DNA of 64,000 bases from Eledone cirrhosa (lineage: Eukaryota): contig OZ024742.1 of assembly GCA_964016885.1 (NCBI GenBank), positions 249,054,001-249,118,000 of the forward strand, read 5' to 3'. Of the stretch, positions 61,683-64,000 are shown piece after piece. Both the position numbers and the translations under genes were made by a program. The notes under the pieces were generated by a model. It ran no database searches. It had not been told where the DNA came from and saw nothing but the letters and a program-made list of their open reading frames with translations. Every line of letters starts with the position of its first letter. Within the stretch, counting starts at the first letter, position 1.

Positions 61683-62062
61683 TCCTTTGTCAGTGTTGAA
61701 CAAACGAGCAACGATGGTTGCTGGACACTACGGCTTAATATGGGATGTTTGTTTACAAACACACCGAGCATTATAATAAATGTTCGGTGAACGCATACGT
61801 ACATATATATATGTGTGTGCATGTATGTATATATATATATACACACTACTGTACGTCTGTATACATATATGTATTACGTATACATACTTATATTTAAGTA
61901 ACAGCCGTACTAAGAGTGGTAAATGAAACTTCGTTTCATTTTTTCCGTTTATGGTTTTCGGTGCACCCGGCCGATTAACCCACTCGATATGCAAATTGGG
62001 CTACTCAGCCGTTAATATGCATACGGTAAGTATATAGGTTCAACAATCTGGCAGGAAGATAT

Positions 62063-62105
62063 ATGTTGCTGACGATAGCTAATAAGCTTGAAACTAGTAC
62101 ATCGT
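62063..62105 (+). ncRNA. Minimal type I hammerhead ribozyme, second unit
   Basis: atgttg CTGACGA tagctaataagctt GAAA ctag TA catcgt; predicted cut after 62099. Confidence 0.82.
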
Positions 62106-62246
62106 TCCTTTGTCAGTGTTGAACAAACGAGCAGCGATTGTTGCTGGACACTACGGCTAAATACGGGATGTTTGTTTACAAACACACCGAGCATTATAAT
62201 ACATGTTCGGTGAATCCATACGTACATATATATATATGTGTGCATG

Positions 62247-62293
<47 letters not shown>

Positions 62294-62788
62294 TTTTATA
62301 TATGAAAAAAATGTATTGCTTATCGTCCTGTTAATAAATTTATATTTATGACTGAAAGACGCAGTCGAACTTTTTATTTAAATAGATTTTGGAGATATAT
62401 TTTTATATTCTTAAATTTATTAGCTTTTATTAACTTTATAAATTGTTGTAATGCTTATGATGTATGTTTATTTACTAATTATGATATATGCCTTGCACTA
62501 TTCTTAACTTCTTTATAGCGGGATATTTCTCTGTACCAACATTCATTTTTTTATTTTTAATGCTTTTAGCTGCTCCTAATTTCATTTTTTGCATTTATAT
62601 GCTCATATTTTTCATATGCTTCTTCTACCTTTGCTATCTTCTCTTATATGAATGTTCTAAAACACTCTTTGATTGCTGTTTATAAAGTATTTCTGCTCTG
62701 TATATACTTGTTATTTTACATTGAGTTATTCTCATACTTGTAATTGGATAATATTTAATATTAACCACATTTTATACAGACACACACA

Positions 62789-62906
<118 letters not shown>

Positions 62907-62978
62907 CATATATATATACATATATATATATGTGTGTATGTATATATATATATATATGTATATAAATATATGTATACA

Positions 62979-63046
<68 letters not shown>

Positions 63047-63497
63047 TGTGTGTGTGTGTGTTTTAATACAATTATAAAAATATATATTACTTTAATTTAA
63101 TCATGTAAACAAAAGGAACAACATTTATTTAAAAAGCATTGAAAGTGTTAAATGAGAGGAAACATCTTAATAGGTTCAAACTTATAGAAAAATAGACAAA
63201 GTGCTGTTTTATTTTATTCTATGAGAAAAATTGCTATGACTCCACACTATACTTACTTGTTATGCTGCTTTAGATGGGAGAGAAAGGAGTGACCTACCCA
63301 AGGTCATTTCAAGATGTGTGACGATTCTGGACGAGAAAGAAGAACCAAACCGAATGTTTGTCTTACACTTTATTTATCAAACCCCGTAAAGCTGAAAGGC
63401 AAAGTTAAGATAAATGGGATTTGTACTGAGATCGCAAGATTTTCTTTCAAGTTCATGTTCTAATGACTCTGCCTATTCCTTAGTGGTAACATTGCTA

Positions 63498-63790
63498 GCG
63501 GTGGTGGTAGTGGTGATGGTGGTGGTGGTAGTGGTTGTGGTGGCTGTGTTGGCGGTGGTTGTGGTGGTAGTGGCGGTGGTTGGTAGTGGTGGTGGTGGTG
63601 GTGGTGGCTGTGGGGGGGTGGCGATGGTGACGGTGGTGGTGGTGGTGGTGGTGGTGGTGGTGGTGGTGGTGGTAACGGTGCTGGTAACGGTGGTGGTGGT
63701 GGTGGTGGTGGTGGTGGTGGTGATAGTGCTGGTAATGGCCGTACGAGGAACGGTGACTGTTGCAGTAGTGACGGTGGTGATGATGAAGAT
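63498..63790. repeat. (GGT)n low-complexity repeat
   Basis: Direct reading. Confidence 0.9.
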
Positions 63791-64000
63791 TGTGCCGGAA
63801 TCATGGCTGCTGATGTTATCGTTCATTCAGTAATTATTGGTATGATGCGAAGCGTCTCAATGTTGGTTCCATGGCATTACCCAAGAATATGGCTAATGAA
63901 CGTTACACTCTGTAAAGATATATGATTTTCAGACACCTTTACTGTGATGTTCCTCACTCTACAGGGCATACCTAGACATTTTGGCTCTTGATTTTATATA

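Larger units (their letters stand above)
61079..62250 (+). mobile_element. Retrozyme-like array: inverted arm (61079-61337) plus ~2.2 tandem 423-nt non-coding units
   Basis: Direct repeat period ~423; ACAAA microhomology at the inversion junction; one hammerhead per unit. Confidence 0.88.

Overview
AT-rich, microsatellite-saturated eukaryotic (metazoan) DNA. The SINE family and repeat mix suggest a cephalopod, probably octopus (inference). Nearly all ORFs in the track are (TA)n/(CA)n/(GA)n artefacts. Host-gene signal is limited to two phase-compatible + strand exons (1742-1883, 12190-12476) ending in a GPI-signal-like C-terminus. Decayed non-LTR retrotransposons include RTE (x2), Tx1/L1, CRE and R4/Dong, plus many copies of one tRNA-derived SINE. 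There is also a ~40 x 86-bp minisatellite and a 200-N gap. The main finding is a set of Penelope-like (PLE) elements: two coding remnants (RT plus C-terminal GIY-YIG, CxCx5C linker) and about a dozen non-coding fold-back or tandem insertions in (TA)n. Several distinct families carry type I hammerhead ribozymes read by eye, including two retrozyme-like tandem arrays (423-nt and 530-nt units) and a covarying ribozyme pair. One fold-back element carries a tRNA cloverleaf instead. All structures were folded manually; no searches were run.
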